A stretch of DNA of 64,000 nt from Trichoplax adhaerens (taxonomy: Eukaryota; Animalia; Placozoa), in the NCBI RefSeq assembly GCF_000150275.1, contig NW_002060943.1:10448209-10512208 (forward strand), in the 5' to 3' direction. The notes beneath the pieces were generated by a model. The model had not been told where the DNA came from. It was given only the letters and a program-made list of their open reading frames with translations, and did no database searches. Shown here in pieces: positions 1-12,800 of the stretch. Within the stretch, counting starts at the first letter, position 1. The number at the start of each line of letters is the position of its first letter. The position numbers and the translations under genes are program-made.

Positions 1-222
1 ACACATCGGTGCATCTGATCATAATGCTATATAACAGTATATAGACTCCGTCTACAGTCTCAAGCCATAGAGTAGTTAAAGTGCAAATTATATCGGTAAA
101 ACAGCGTAATCATAATTATTGTTACTTATTGAATTATTTAATAACTAAATCAACCTTTTACCTCATCTACACATGGTTAATACATTACTATAAGCATAAA
201 CGTCAATGCAATGCGTAAGCAC

Positions 223-298
223 CTGATAAATTTTTGGAAGCTTCAGGTCTTTCTTTTATTTTTTTAGCTGCTTTTCTTGCTTTTTTTCGATTCGCCAT
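223..298 (-). CDS. Putative first coding exon of an unidentified gene running off the left edge (MANRKKARKAAKKIKERPEASKNLS)
   Basis: ATG at 298 (-), a Lys/Arg-rich NLS-like peptide, then CAG|GTGC donor at 222. Lies divergent to CEP76 across the TACAG/CTGTA arrays. Downstream exons not resolved. Confidence 0.4.
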
Positions 299-461
299 AA
301 ATAAACTAAGAAATGCTGTACTTACTGAGGGCTAAATTGAAATGAATTACTGTATTGATCGGGGCAATCTCTGCAAAGTCTTCCGTCCAAGATTGATGAT
401 TTTCCTGTCAAAATGTACGAGTGCTGTCGGCTACCATGGGTTGATAGCCGTATCTGTCAAG

Positions 462-785
462 TGTACAAACCTTACCGTACTATATACTGTATAGTACTGT
501 ATTATACAGTTATGCTGTTCGTGCAGTTCTACAGTACCGTACTCGATTACTGTACAGTACTGTACAGTACACTGTACTGAACAGTACTGTAGGTGTGTAC
601 TGTACTGTACTGTACTGTACTGTACTGGTCATGAAGACCTCTACAGTGTACAGTGTACAATACAGTACTGTATGTACAGTACTGTGCGAGTGCTTCATAC
701 TGTACTGTACTGTACTGTACTGTACAGTACTATACGGTATTGTACTGTACTGTACTGTACAATTCTATTGTTGATTCGTACAGTA
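462..785. repeat. TA-delimited pentamer array (TACTG/TACAG, mixed orientation), promoter-associated
   Basis: 548-627 parses as TA CTG TA CAG TA CTG TA CAG TA CACTG TA CTG ... ending in (TACTG)x6 at 598-627. Confidence 0.9.
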
Positions 786-1007
786 CCTTCAACTGTGGAG
801 CTTGCCCTAGCCGGAGACATGTCACACAGGCTACTAAAGGACTAAAAAAACATAAGAAAAAAATCTCATGGGAAGTATCCTCTACTATTTCACGGACTGA
901 GTTCGGACTTCTCTACACCTACTGTATAAAATAAAAGCAGATTAGAACTCATCTGAGTACTTAAGTGACTTGATCAATCCTTAGAAAACTAAAAAAGAGA
1001 GTGGCCG

Positions 1008-1358
1008 GCTGTACATTGTACAGTACAGTACTTTACACTCTGGTCCTGAGTACTGTACTGTACGGTACGGTTTCGAATTTGGCGGCAAAGATAATCTTCT
1101 CTAGAACCTGTACACTGTACACTGTACAGTGTACACTCATTATACTGTACAGTACTGCACAGCCAGTGAGCTACAGTACTGTACTGTACTGTATTGTACT
1201 GTACAGTACAAGTACACAGAAATGCAGTAAAGTACTGTACAGTACAGTACTGTGCGTGCTTCATTTTGTAGAATACAGTACAGTACTGTAGTCTCTGCTC
1301 GTACAGACAGTACGATGGACTAAACAAGCTACTATACAGTGTACAGTACAGTATAGTA
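1008..1358. repeat. TA-delimited pentamer array upstream of CEP76
   Basis: Dense tacag/tactg/tacactg/tacagtg/tacgg units 290-640 bp upstream of the CEP76 ATG. Confidence 0.9.
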
Positions 1359-1643
1359 CCGCTCATACGACAGTGTGCACTTGATAAGACTCTGCCAGTC
1401 AGCAACAATGGCCTCCAGCAAAACGAATCAGTGATTTATAACCTTTATAACCTGAAAGCTCCTAGCAAATAGCAAGCAGAAGTTATTTGTACCTGCTATT
1501 CGCCTCGAACGCACTATTTTTGATTAGTAGTGCAGTAACTATTTGTGCTACTGTACTTTGACAACCTATATCAATACTGTACGTGTTTGATGTTCTTGTA
1601 GTCATTGCAATCGGTTACAGTTTTTATTAATTATTGATCGCAA

Positions 1644-4414
1644 ATGGCCGAGTTACCTGCAGTAAAGGTTAATCAAATCAGACAATTGATACACGACCAA
1701 ATGACGCAACTGAACATAAATTCTGTTATATCTCGTGTTATTGACGAATTAATGCAAGAGGGAAATCAAATCGACGAGAACCAATTGTTAGAAGCTTTAC
1801 GACAGCGTGGTATCGTTGACGAAATTGTGAAATCACTCAAATTCCAGGATAATCAAACAACCACCAAGGAAATGACCGATAACTATAATAATCAAGCGGT
1901 ACAATCAAGTGATTTAGCGAAAGTACCAACTAATGGTAATAATTATAATACATCACTGTGCCATATTATATTACCTTGAATTTGGATATGATATAGTATG
2001 CAACTACCGTTGCTCCATGTACTACACTTGATATACTGTACGTATAATAATGTTTACTTTATTTATAGTAACTGCAATTTACCTTTGCTGAAAATAACAA
2101 TAATTCGCTTAGCTCAACTGATTCAATTTTATATTGTATATTGCCAATAGTGAAAATTGATCCTTCTAAACGATATTTGTACGTCCAAATGTTGGGAGGT
2201 AGAGCTTTCCTAGAGCATATTTTAGACGAAGATAGAAGTACAGAAAAGAATTATAACGGGACACTTTCTATTCATATTCATTTTCGTCAGCAACGATTTC
2301 AATCACGTCCTATTCTATGTGCGTGTGAGCCCGATTTAAGGGATGGGTTCTTACTGCAATTGCCACAACATAAAGTTTCTGCCAGAAGTGATCCGACATC
2401 TTTACTATCTATTGCTGAACCAATCCATTTACTTCTAATTCGAAATGAACCTAATGGCGACAAAACTTTGTTAAGCTCGACTTATCTAGAATGGAGGAAA
2501 GTATTAAGTTCCTCACATAATCGTTGGACGACTGCTGTTGAATTAAATGGTATCGGCCCTGAAGCTAAGCTATCGGTTGGGCTATTAGATCTGAAAATAG
2601 AATTAATTCCTCGCAGTCTAGAGGAATTATCGAAAGATGTGGTTGAAGCCCAATTTAAGCTCGAACATAATCGAGCTACTGAAAAGGAACGCTTGTTTTT
2701 GGTCTATGCTAAACGATGGTGGCAAGAATACATCCAGATCAGACCAGTGCATAGCAAAAGACTCGTCAAGATATTCGCCCAAGATGAAAATGCAGTGAAT
2801 CGTTTCGTTTGCTCATATTTAAAACCCTTAAGATCTCAACGTTTCCTAGATACACCGCGCCAAGCCGCTCGATTTGTTAGCCTACTTGCGTATGAAGAAG
2901 CGCCTATAGTTGGCGGAGGCAGTCGAAGCGAAGTTTGGAGTAATACGTTGGCATTTTTGTGTAAAAAGAAAGGCGTAAGTCACTATATAATTTTGCTATC
3001 TTATCCCACAATGAAACTATCATTATACCTAATATTACTAAATTACTTGCATTAAATATTTTAATAGGACTGCGAAGATCATTCATTGTTACTTTGTAGT
3101 CTTCTCGTTGGCTTTGGATTGGATGCTTATGTTTGTATTGGTACTAACGCGAAAGGTTTATTTTGTACCTGGGTTGCTACGATTGGAGTCGATCATTCAG
3201 TTGTATTTTGGGATAGTTTAACTGGCCAAAGGTATACGACATAGTAACTTGGGATCAATGTATACATACAGTATGAATATAGCTATAAAAATCTATTATT
3301 TGATATATCTAATTGCACAGATTTAACCATAACCCAATCAATCCAGATGATCCACCGTTAAAAAAGCAAATCAAAGTTGATCATCCTTTTAAAACAATTG
3401 GATCGGTCTTTAATCATAAATCGTTTTACGCTAATTGTCAGGTGAAGCATCCTTATGTGATAAAAGTTAACCACACTGTATCTATATGTCGCTCATAAAA
3501 CATATCATTTTTATTAATGTAGCCATCGGATAATGTTGACTGTTGTTATTTCGAGCTCAACAAGGAGACAAAATGGAAGGCTATGAATGAAGATGTTATT
3601 AAATCAAATTGTGAAAATATCTTAGTGGTATGTGCAAATCGTTCGTATGATATATCATACTAGTCGATACATTAGAACTTAACTAATCCAGTATCATGAA
3701 CATCCTGTTGAGATAATACTATTACGTAATTATGCAGCCATCTTGGGCTACGGCACCACCCTTATCCCCTTCTAAAATTGATCCAGTGATTATTAGCGCT
3801 GAATTGGAACGAGAATTACAATCTTTAATAACTGATTACAGAAAGGTAAACGAATCCGCATGATAAAATTTATTTCCGGGTATTATTAATGACTGCGTTT
3901 CCTACCTTAAAAACAATCGACTTGATAGCTATAGTTAATTTATCAATAATTTATATTTCAGGATTTAGATCTATCGACCATTTGGGATGATAATTTAAGC
4001 TATATCTTAACATCGGCGTTAGCAGCATATGAATTAGAGAGGTGTACTGGTATTTCTATCGGAAATGAAGAATTCCAGCATGCTATAAGGAGAGCAGTAC
4101 CTGAGAGGCATACGTTTAAAGGTTTTCCAATTCAGTTTGTCCATCGAGATATGAGAAGAGCCCTCGCCTCGTCATTGAAGTACGTCTAATAATTATATTG
4201 ATATTAAAGTTATACGATAAGACACTCAGACAACATTGTTTGGGCTATAAACTGCTAATAATCTTTTAACCTTAGATCGCCAGTGTGTGAAGAAATACTA
4301 GGTTGTCGGGGTGATTTGGTCCGCTTAGCACTACGAGTGAGAATTTTTACCTACGCTGAAGATGTATCTGCCGTATGGATAATGTTTGCGGTAACATATC
4401 GTTCTGTGCTTTAG
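1644..4414 (+). CDS. CEP76: Centrosomal protein of 76 kDa (C2 domain + transglutaminase-like domain), 8 coding exons
   Basis: N-terminus ...LLEALRQRGIVDEIVKSLKF; RYLYVQMLGGRAFLEH; ERLFLVYAKRWWQEY; spliced GDCEDHSLLLCSLLVGFG; HTFKGFPIQF; C-terminus VWIMFAVTYRSVL* (TAG 4412-4414). All traced introns are GT-AG and keep frame. Confidence 0.96.
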
Positions 4415-7400
4415 TGCGATACATACCCACAGCAAGCTATGAACTCCGAAAAGCAGGGAATGAATACCACACGACTAGTTACTTCATCGAAAATTTTTAG
4501 ATTTATAAAGAAATAGGTTATATTTTAACTTAATTGATTTAATTTATGAGAGCCTTATTACAAAGTTTAATGATGGAAACGCTATCATTTTACGACTATT
4601 ACTGTATAAAAGACACTTGATATACTCGTAAAAGTCACAGATCTTTGTATTAATTAATTAATTAATTGTGAAACTTTTAAAGAGTGAAACATTATTTTAT
4701 TATATAAACTCCGACACGAATTATTTCAATTTTTTTCTTTTATAAATACTATTCGCTACTTGTAAGCTGTCTTCTATATTATATATTACGTTAAATGTCA
4801 ATGTCTGTACGTGCGACATTGCACTAAAGATAAATGTTAGCACACAACTATCCTATCTACACCATTGTAAGTAAAAGACTACTGTGAATGAGTAAATGAT
4901 TCTATAGCGTTGCGTTATTGACACTAGGTTGAAGACAAAAATCCATAAATTGCTGTACGTATGCTACAGAAGATAACCGGATTTGCGATCAATCATACAC
5001 CTTAAGTAGAATTTCGCATTTAAGATAGAATTATACACTACAAATAATCAAGATTTCATTCAAAGACTGCTCTTTTAGTATAAACTTCTTCGTACTAACA
5101 AGTACAGCGATTTTATAAATTTTAAACAGTACGGTAGAAGCCTTATGAAGATTGACAAGGTATGCAATGTTGCAATCTCGATTTAATCAGAAGTAGCTCT
5201 TACTAACCTTGAATCACTGTCAATGTAACAGCATATTTAAAGATTACTCTAATGACCTAAAATCTACAGAGTACCCACAAGTAGAGGTATAATCATATAT
5301 TAAATTAACTTATATGTGTAGAATTATAATCTTAGAATTCAATATACTGCATAATTAATTAAATATAGCTAAACTTTTCAAACCAATGGTTGAAAAATCC
5401 ACAGTATACGATATATATGAAAGAGTATCGGTAATAACGTCTCTGTAAGTATCAGAACCAAAAAGAAAAGGTTGCAAAGCGGCCTTAGTAACAATTTATA
5501 AGCAATATATTGTAATGTCCATACTAGAGTATTGCATGAATTTCACCTCTATAAGAAATGGAAACTAATGGATGAAAGATTAAAAATGTATAGTGAAATG
5601 GTCTACAAATACTACGATCATGAGTGTAGCTGCTGTTATTAGAATATTAATCGCCATAAATGACTTAACTAAATTCTTAGCTGTACTATTTTATAGAATA
5701 AATTTAACATTTGCATAAAAGCAGGGGATATAATTTTTCGTCCTCTTGAATAAAATTTATTTTTATATTAATTTAATTATGCTGCAATATCTCAATTAAG
5801 TTCCTCTAAACAACCTAAATTTTCATTATTAGTAATGGAGCTGAGGTAGATATGAAGGATAAAAATCGATTTATTAAGTGAACACTTAAGTCTAAACTAA
5901 AACGAAATACGATTAGTAATATCGAAAATGATTCACTGAATAGTTAGTAAATCACTCAATTATTTAAAGGTATTACGGATCAGCCTAAATAACTAATACA
6001 TCGTCTGTCCTTTTAACAATACGCATTATTAACATAATTTATCGGCCTAATCGAAAGTAAAATTATCAATGACGAACTATCGCACTGGATAATCAAATAT
6101 AGTCCAAGTCATTTATTGGACATTTTATCTGGTAAATAGGTTGATTGCTCTTTACATTTATTTTAATTGATCATAGAGTAAACTAGCGATTGAACATTGC
6201 GATATAGAAAAATTTCAATGAATAAATTCCTGTCATATCATCATTGATTAATTATTTAATACGGTATTCGGACAAGTATTGTACTGTAGAGCCATTATCG
6301 TATTATTGATGTAATATGTAAGAATATACCTAGCTTTTTAATTGTGGTTCATTTTCAAAGTGATGTCTGTGATATCGCAAACAATGAGGATAAATTCAGA
6401 CCTATAACAGTAATTTCCTGTAGATTCTTTAGATTCAATACTGTATTCTATTCAAATCAGCATGATAATGACATCGCTGATATCATACTTCCATTAATCT
6501 AATGATGATATATGATAAAATCTCGATTCAAAAGTATGATCAATTTCTTTAAACCGTATACGAGAGTCTAGAAATTTTAAATTGACATCTTACTTTATTA
6601 AGTTTGATGGGTGTAATTTTAATTTCTCTGATCTGAGTCAGATGCTATTCTTTTCGTACAGTAGAATGTTCTTTAATCGCTTTAAACATTAGCACTAAAA
6701 TAGTCATTATTGCTTTAAAGATGTAAATCTTAATTAAAGGCAAATATTTAATTTATGGTGTGCACCAGTACCAGTTTAGCATTGTTTCAATTGAAATAAA
6801 CCAAAACTTGAAAAAATTAAATTAAAACGGTTGTTTTCACATGGTACGATAAATTGATCTACAAGATAAAAGATACTTGATAGAATTAGAAGATAGGCGT
6901 AAAACGCCGCAGATACATACACATCTATATTAGTTATATAGTTATTTTAAACATTATTAATTCAGGATTAGTAGCTTCTAAATGCAATAACATTTACTAC
7001 TGATTCTAAATATCAATTATTTGACAAAAAATTTATATTACATTACACATTCAAATACATCCTAATATTAATAACTTTAACAATAATTTTCATTAAATAT
7101 CAATCTGTAGAGATATTATCAGCTTTTAATCAACTAAGTTTCTTGCATTTGAAGTAACGGATCTCTATTCGAGCTGTGAACAATTATCTTAACTGCTACA
7201 TAGTAGTTAAAATTTTGATCAAGTTATTAGAAATATAATGATTTATTACTATTTTTGAATTTTTTATTTTCTTTTCTGAAAGTCCTTAACTAGACACCTG
7301 CATCAACTAATATTTCAAGGAAGAAAAAGAATTTACAAGTTAAGGTGAAGCCAGGTGTTAATCAATTTTGATAGAAGTCTAATGAATTAAACGGACAATG

Positions 7401-8189
7401 AAAACCAATCCGGTCAAGTCTTGACGTTAATTACTGCCGAGAATTTTTTTGAACGCTGTGTTGTGGGTTACAATGAATAAATACATTTTCCAACGGTAAA
7501 ATTGTTGTGATTACTAGAGATAAGTTGTAGAAGTATGGACTGATTTAAGACTATAATAGCCATAATATAACGGTCTTTGCTTCAATTACAGGAAAATCAC
7601 GCACACATCATAACATTTCTTTTGTAATAGACAGTACCAGATAATAAAAGAGCTAATCTCACTCTATAATTGATGAATTTGCTTCTGACCGCCGTCAAAT
7701 ACAACTATAGTTTATTTGAGCATTTTTGTATTGACAGATAAAAGATAAGTATCAGTATTTACAGTCTTTAATCATTATTTAATTGGAGTTAAATTACTTT
7801 TCACTTCTCTAATTTGTCGTATAAATCAAAAAAGTTAAAAAAGTTCTTGCTATAATTATTGTAATCCAACTTAGCAAGTATTTATTATTGATGATATCAA
7901 ATATCTTACAGTATAAAAGAATCGTATACTCTTAAAAACGGCTATGATTAATTTAATTTAATGATATAATGTACATCCTTGTATCATAGGGGATAATTAT
8001 GTCTGGTAAGCAATAAAATAATGCTGCATCTTATTATAATAATGACAATAACAATAATGATAACAACGATTTCTTATTACGCGATTTAAGTACAGCAAAA
8101 TCTACATGATAATACCAACATAAAGCTGGGATATTAAAATAAGGCATTAATTTATGTTCAATAATAGAATTATGACTTACTACTATTGT

Positions 8190-8760
8190 CTCCAATAAAA
8201 CTGGAGAGGATAACCGTAAAGTTATGAACGATAATAATCGTAATTTAAAATATAAATAGAACTTGATTTTAGTCATATGAACACTATTTGATTTGCATTT
8301 ATGAGTTAAATTAAACATCTTTATTTATGGAAGGAGTAAAATTCATAAAGTTGAATTATATTCAATTAAATAATACCAAATAATTTCCATTTACAAGAAA
8401 CGATATCCAATATATAAAAAAAGCTACGCAGTAATTTATTATACTATTAGCATTGTTTATTAGTAAAAGCATAACTGCTTTGAATTATCTCTAGTAAAAT
8501 GGAGAGGATAATCGTAAATTTGTAATAAGATAATCATTGCAATTTAAAAGGCTAACAGAAATCAATCTTAATCTTCCAATATCATTGGATTTCTATTAAT
8601 GGAAAAAATTTAAACATTCATTATTCATAGAAGGAATAGAATGTGTAAAACTGAAGTACACACTTCTAAGTGATAATAACTTATGACCGTCGATAAGAAA
8701 TAATATTCAACAAGAAAAAAATGTTACAAAAGTAATTTGACTATAATAGTATTATACCAT
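8190..8760. repeat. Diverged ~300 bp tandem duplication 3' of GPCR1
   Basis: ctccaataaaactggagaggataaccgtaaa (8190) vs ctctagtaaaatggagaggataatcgtaaa (8489). Further collinear matches (aatttaaaa, ttaaacat, gaagga, aagaaa, agtaattt) at ~299 bp spacing. Confidence 0.75.
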
Positions 8761-8824
8761 CAATTTAAACATCTTTGATCTCGAAAGATTAATTATTATT
8801 GATGATAATCTTTCAGCAGACAAG

Positions 8825-9856
8825 TTAAGGATTAAAAGCATAGGAAACTCCTTTTTGCCGATAGCGGGATGGCATTGATTTCTTACTAAGACATAAGAGC
8901 TTGCGAATAACAGCTACTAATGGTTTATGATAGTAATAATTTGCGGCAGTGTAGAGAACTGGATGAAGAAAACATTGAAATATAACTAAAGTTTTAGTTA
9001 CGGTCGTAAGTGTATAGTTATAAATAAAGGGATCATAGTGAGCTATTACTACGTACAACTGATTTGGCATCCAACAGATAAATATACTAATAGCAGCAAC
9101 TAGGGAAACCGTCGTAACACGACGACGCAAACGATGATATTTATAATCATCATTATTAGATAATACAAGTGAAAAGCGCATACGATAAATAAGAATCACA
9201 TAGCAATATAGCGTGGTTGAAGCAGGTAGAAGAAATTGTAATATAAATAATACAAATTGTAAGGATTTATCAACTAACTGGCCTCCAGGAAAAGGTCTCC
9301 AACGACAAGGTGGCCAATCTGTAACGACATGATATGTATGATACAAGCTGGGTAAATTAAGCAAACAGCCCCATAACATAACAAAGGTAATCATTAGTTT
9401 ACTACGATATCCGCTAAAAATTATTTTATAATCAGTTGATTTCTTGATTAGATAATACCTTTCAAGGCTAACTAAAGCCATCAAATAAATAGATATCGTA
9501 CATGCTGATGACTTCAAATAACCGGAACCAAGTAATGGGCAAAAATAGACTCGAATAAAGGCATCATCTTGGTGTATATTATTAAAGAACAAGATTCTTA
9601 AAGTCATCACATCCCAAGTTGATAATAAAATCATAAATCCAATAAAGATATCCACCACAGCTAGTGTAAATATAAACTTTCCTGATGATCGCCGAAATAG
9701 CCTTGGTGTAGCGATATACACGATGCATACCAAAATGCTACCTAAAATTGTTAGTAAAGTTATAATCAAGTAGATAATATCAGCAACGATATATTGATGA
9801 TTAAATTGGGATCTTGGTCCCTCTGTTCGAAAGTGGGTATTGTTCAAGAAATCCAT
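8825..9856 (-). CDS. Intronless class A (rhodopsin-like) GPCR, orphan peptide-receptor-like
   Basis: Seven hydrophobic segments; LAVVD (TM2), SLERY (TM3), CWMP (TM6), HPVLY (TM7). First ATG is at 9856; the ORF track start at 9868 is GTG. Confidence 0.92.
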   Translation of the reverse strand: MDFLNNTHFRTEGPRSQFNHQYIVADIIYLIITLLTILGSILVCIVYIATPRLFRRSSGKFIFTLAVVDIFIGFMILLSTWDVMTLRILFFNNIHQDDAFIRVYFCPLLGSGYLKSSACTISIYLMALVSLERYYLIKKSTDYKIIFSGYRSKLMITFVMLWGCLLNLPSLYHTYHVVTDWPPCRWRPFPGGQLVDKSLQFVLFILQFLLPASTTLYCYVILIYRMRFSLVLSNNDDYKYHRLRRRVTTVSLVAAISIFICWMPNQLYVVIAHYDPFIYNYTLTTVTKTLVIFQCFLHPVLYTAANYYYHKPLVAVIRKLLCLSKKSMPSRYRQKGVSYAFNP

Positions 9857-12800
9857 ATTTCGTAACACCAGTAATACGATTAAGGTAATGCTGATGTTAA
9901 TATCTTTGAGTGAGTATAGCGAAGTGTCAAAAATCGCTCCAGATATACTCTTGCTATAACTGAAAATAGACCAAACTGTAAAAATATTATCCTGTAAGTT
10001 GAATGTACTTCCTTTCTATTGCTAGCAATGAAATAACCCGATTTCTCTAAAAGATGTTGATAATCATCAAAGGCTCAAATATGTACAAAAATTCTTAACT
10101 TACTTCTTCTTAGGATATGAATAACCCAGAATAACGAATATGTCATAGCGTGAATGATATCGTCGTAGATATATCAACTATATAATCAAAAAGTAATTAT
10201 AGAACGAGGAATAAATGATTTAGCATAACTAAATTACTGAGCTAGAATTCATCGGTCGTAAGAAATAAAGTAAATTGTAAAGCAATAATATTTGTGCGAT
10301 AGAGATTGCAATCTGATCAAAATTTATCGATGTTGATCTTATTTATAGCCAAAGAAATATTATCAAAAAAAATAATGGAGTGATTGTTTTATTGTTGATT
10401 AAACAGTTTTATAGCTATTAAAAATTTTCAGAATTAACAATGTAAGTAAATGTTGTCGAGAAAAATTGTTGTCAAATAATTATCAAGACTGACGTTGCCT
10501 AATAACACAAAAATTTCCTTATATTGTTAACGTTACGGAAAACAAAACAACAAATTATTTTAAGTAATAACGAGAAAACATCATTTCAACGACAACTGAA
10601 TCCTGTATCTACATTATGCTCAATTCATAATCTGGCTAAAGTAGCGATAATTGATTAAAATTCGATACCGACCAACGTAAAGATGAATATTGCCCATTTT
10701 TATATGCAGGTGAACACCGTAATAAAAGGAAATACTTATGTTGGTCAACGATGTATATTAAAGCTGTCTTTGCCGCATTTGACCTTCATTCTTTTGTAAT
10801 ACTATAGTATTTGATCAGATAAGCGTAAATTACCAGATATAGAAATGGTTTTATATCGGTTTGTATTATGATACTGTACGTGATCGATTGATGAAGTAAA
10901 GTTCACTGTATATTGAGAGAAATATCACATAGAGTCAAGTTTTTCGAATCATTATTGTAAGGATATAAGTCTTTACCGAATTATTTATCTAAAAGTTATC
11001 TGTAATGAAAAAGTTGCTTCATTCCCTTGATTTGAAAACAATATACTGTTGATCATCATTACCTGTAAATGAATAAGCATTTTCAGTTTATAATGTATTA
11101 TTGTGACGTATTATGGCCGAACCTTTGTACGCTTAATTCTAAATAGAAATTATAAAGAAGAATAAGATCTATTTCGTTATTTGGACAAAAATGAAAGTTG
11201 TCTTATTTATCCCAACTTATTCTATAAATTTCCATAGCAATGGATTAAAATATAGAGGTAAGACTATTTCTGTGTGATTTCAATCGTCAGTTTCATTATT
11301 TTAATTAAGATACATAGAGAGAATGTTTCTGCACAGAGGATCTATTATTGGATTAGTGTTGCAACATTAATATTACCTGTCTATAAAAATGATTGACACA
11401 GAATGTCTTTAGAATATTTCGAGCAACACTTTCTTCCCTAAGACATGCAATTTTTAACAATGGATTTCAGGCTAATAACAATTACTGTAAGCAAGTGTTT
11501 TCACAAAATTACGAAGTTATATCTGCAATTAACTTTTAGTCAATACAAGTTATTCATTCATTTGATTGATATTAAGATAGATTACTATATTATTAATTAC
11601 AAGATTTAGCAGTAACTTATTCGTAGTCTTCTGTACAATAAGTATGTGCTTAAGGGTTTATTGCAGTGTTTACTTATTTTATGTATGATCTTAGTCATAA
11701 CTGGCATAAATTTGCCAATAAATTCTATTAGTTGACTATAAAATATATCATAATGATAATTACATAAGTATACCCAAAATCTCGCTCTCTAGGCTTATTT
11801 AACTAGTAAATATTACTATGACTAGGACTTAGAACGTAATTATGCAGTACTTACTAACTAATTTATATCATTTAATCTCCCATAACATGTTTCGCTCTCA
11901 AAACGGACTACTCATAGTTTGTTGCATTCCTACAGTATACTACAAAGTTATCTGCTCTGATTTATTAATTGCATAAATATTGCAAATTCTTCTTTTACGT
12001 GTAGAAAATAATAGCAATAAATCACTTTTTCGTACTATAGTGTACAAAAATGTTGACATTAGCCAGAATAAAATGATGGCTTTCTTTTTCATTAATAGGA
12101 GGATCTATTCCTAATACATTCAATTTCATAAAATGTTGATATCGAAAACGAATTTCCACATCACTCCTAATATAAATTATTAGAATAAATGAATCAGTTG
12201 TTAAACTATAGGGATCTACGGTATAGATTATCCAATTAGGATACTATCTGATGAATAACATGATTGATAACACAGATTGTATGTATGTAAAATAAAAGAT
12301 TTACTCTGTATAGAGATCTTAGAGAACGCTTCTCAGTCGTATAGGTATGCATTATTCTGTATTCGGTATCGTGCAGTTAGTGATACACTGGATTATAGCT
12401 AGTGCTAAAGCATACTGTACTTTCGAATTTACTACTCGCTACTCGAAAATATTGAGTAGCAAGAAAGAAATCAGCACTATTATTATGAAGAAATTGCATT
12501 AATCTCTTTATTATTCGGTACTACTACAGATTACACTATCTACAAATAAGAGCAGATGGTCATGATGACATTGATTGACTCAAATCTTAAGTAACCTTAT
12601 AATTAGGCCTATTCCAAAGTTTAATTCATATCAAGTAATTTGAATCGCAGTTCTTATTATCAACATCTTTGATCTCAAAACCCGGTAGTGAGGGACTATT
12701 TCCTGTAATACTTTTTAAAAAATGCCTTACGCTACATATAATTTGAGGATATTGCTATTATACTAAAAGGAAAATTATGATATCTCACGGTTACTGATTA

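Noticed and set aside
462-785. Arrays as ciliate-like IES ends (TAYAGYNR) implying programmed DNA elimination
   Set aside because: The resemblance follows from the shared Tc1/mariner end consensus. No coding exon in the window is interrupted by TA-bounded inserts, so there is no direct evidence.
808-1011. Non-repetitive island between two arrays bounded by AGCCGG/CCGGCT as a MITE
   Set aside because: Only 6 bp of inverted match, no target duplication and no second copy in the window.
510-1408. ORFs 510-698, 653-934, 989-1408 and 1001-1291 as protein genes
   Set aside because: Translations are YSTVQ/YCTVL by-products of the pentamer arrays, overlap on both strands and show no domain. The same applies to 27697-27975, 34494-34995, 46176-46385 and 58307-58489.
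8034-8318. 94-aa ORF on the - strand downstream of GPCR1
   Set aside because: Low-complexity AT-rich translation overlapping the tandem duplication; no recognisable motif or splice context.
9857-10013. Open frame continuing ~50 codons upstream of the GPCR1 ATG
   Set aside because: No upstream in-frame ATG before a TAG; the protein is complete from 9856. An upstream spliced exon cannot be excluded but is unsupported.
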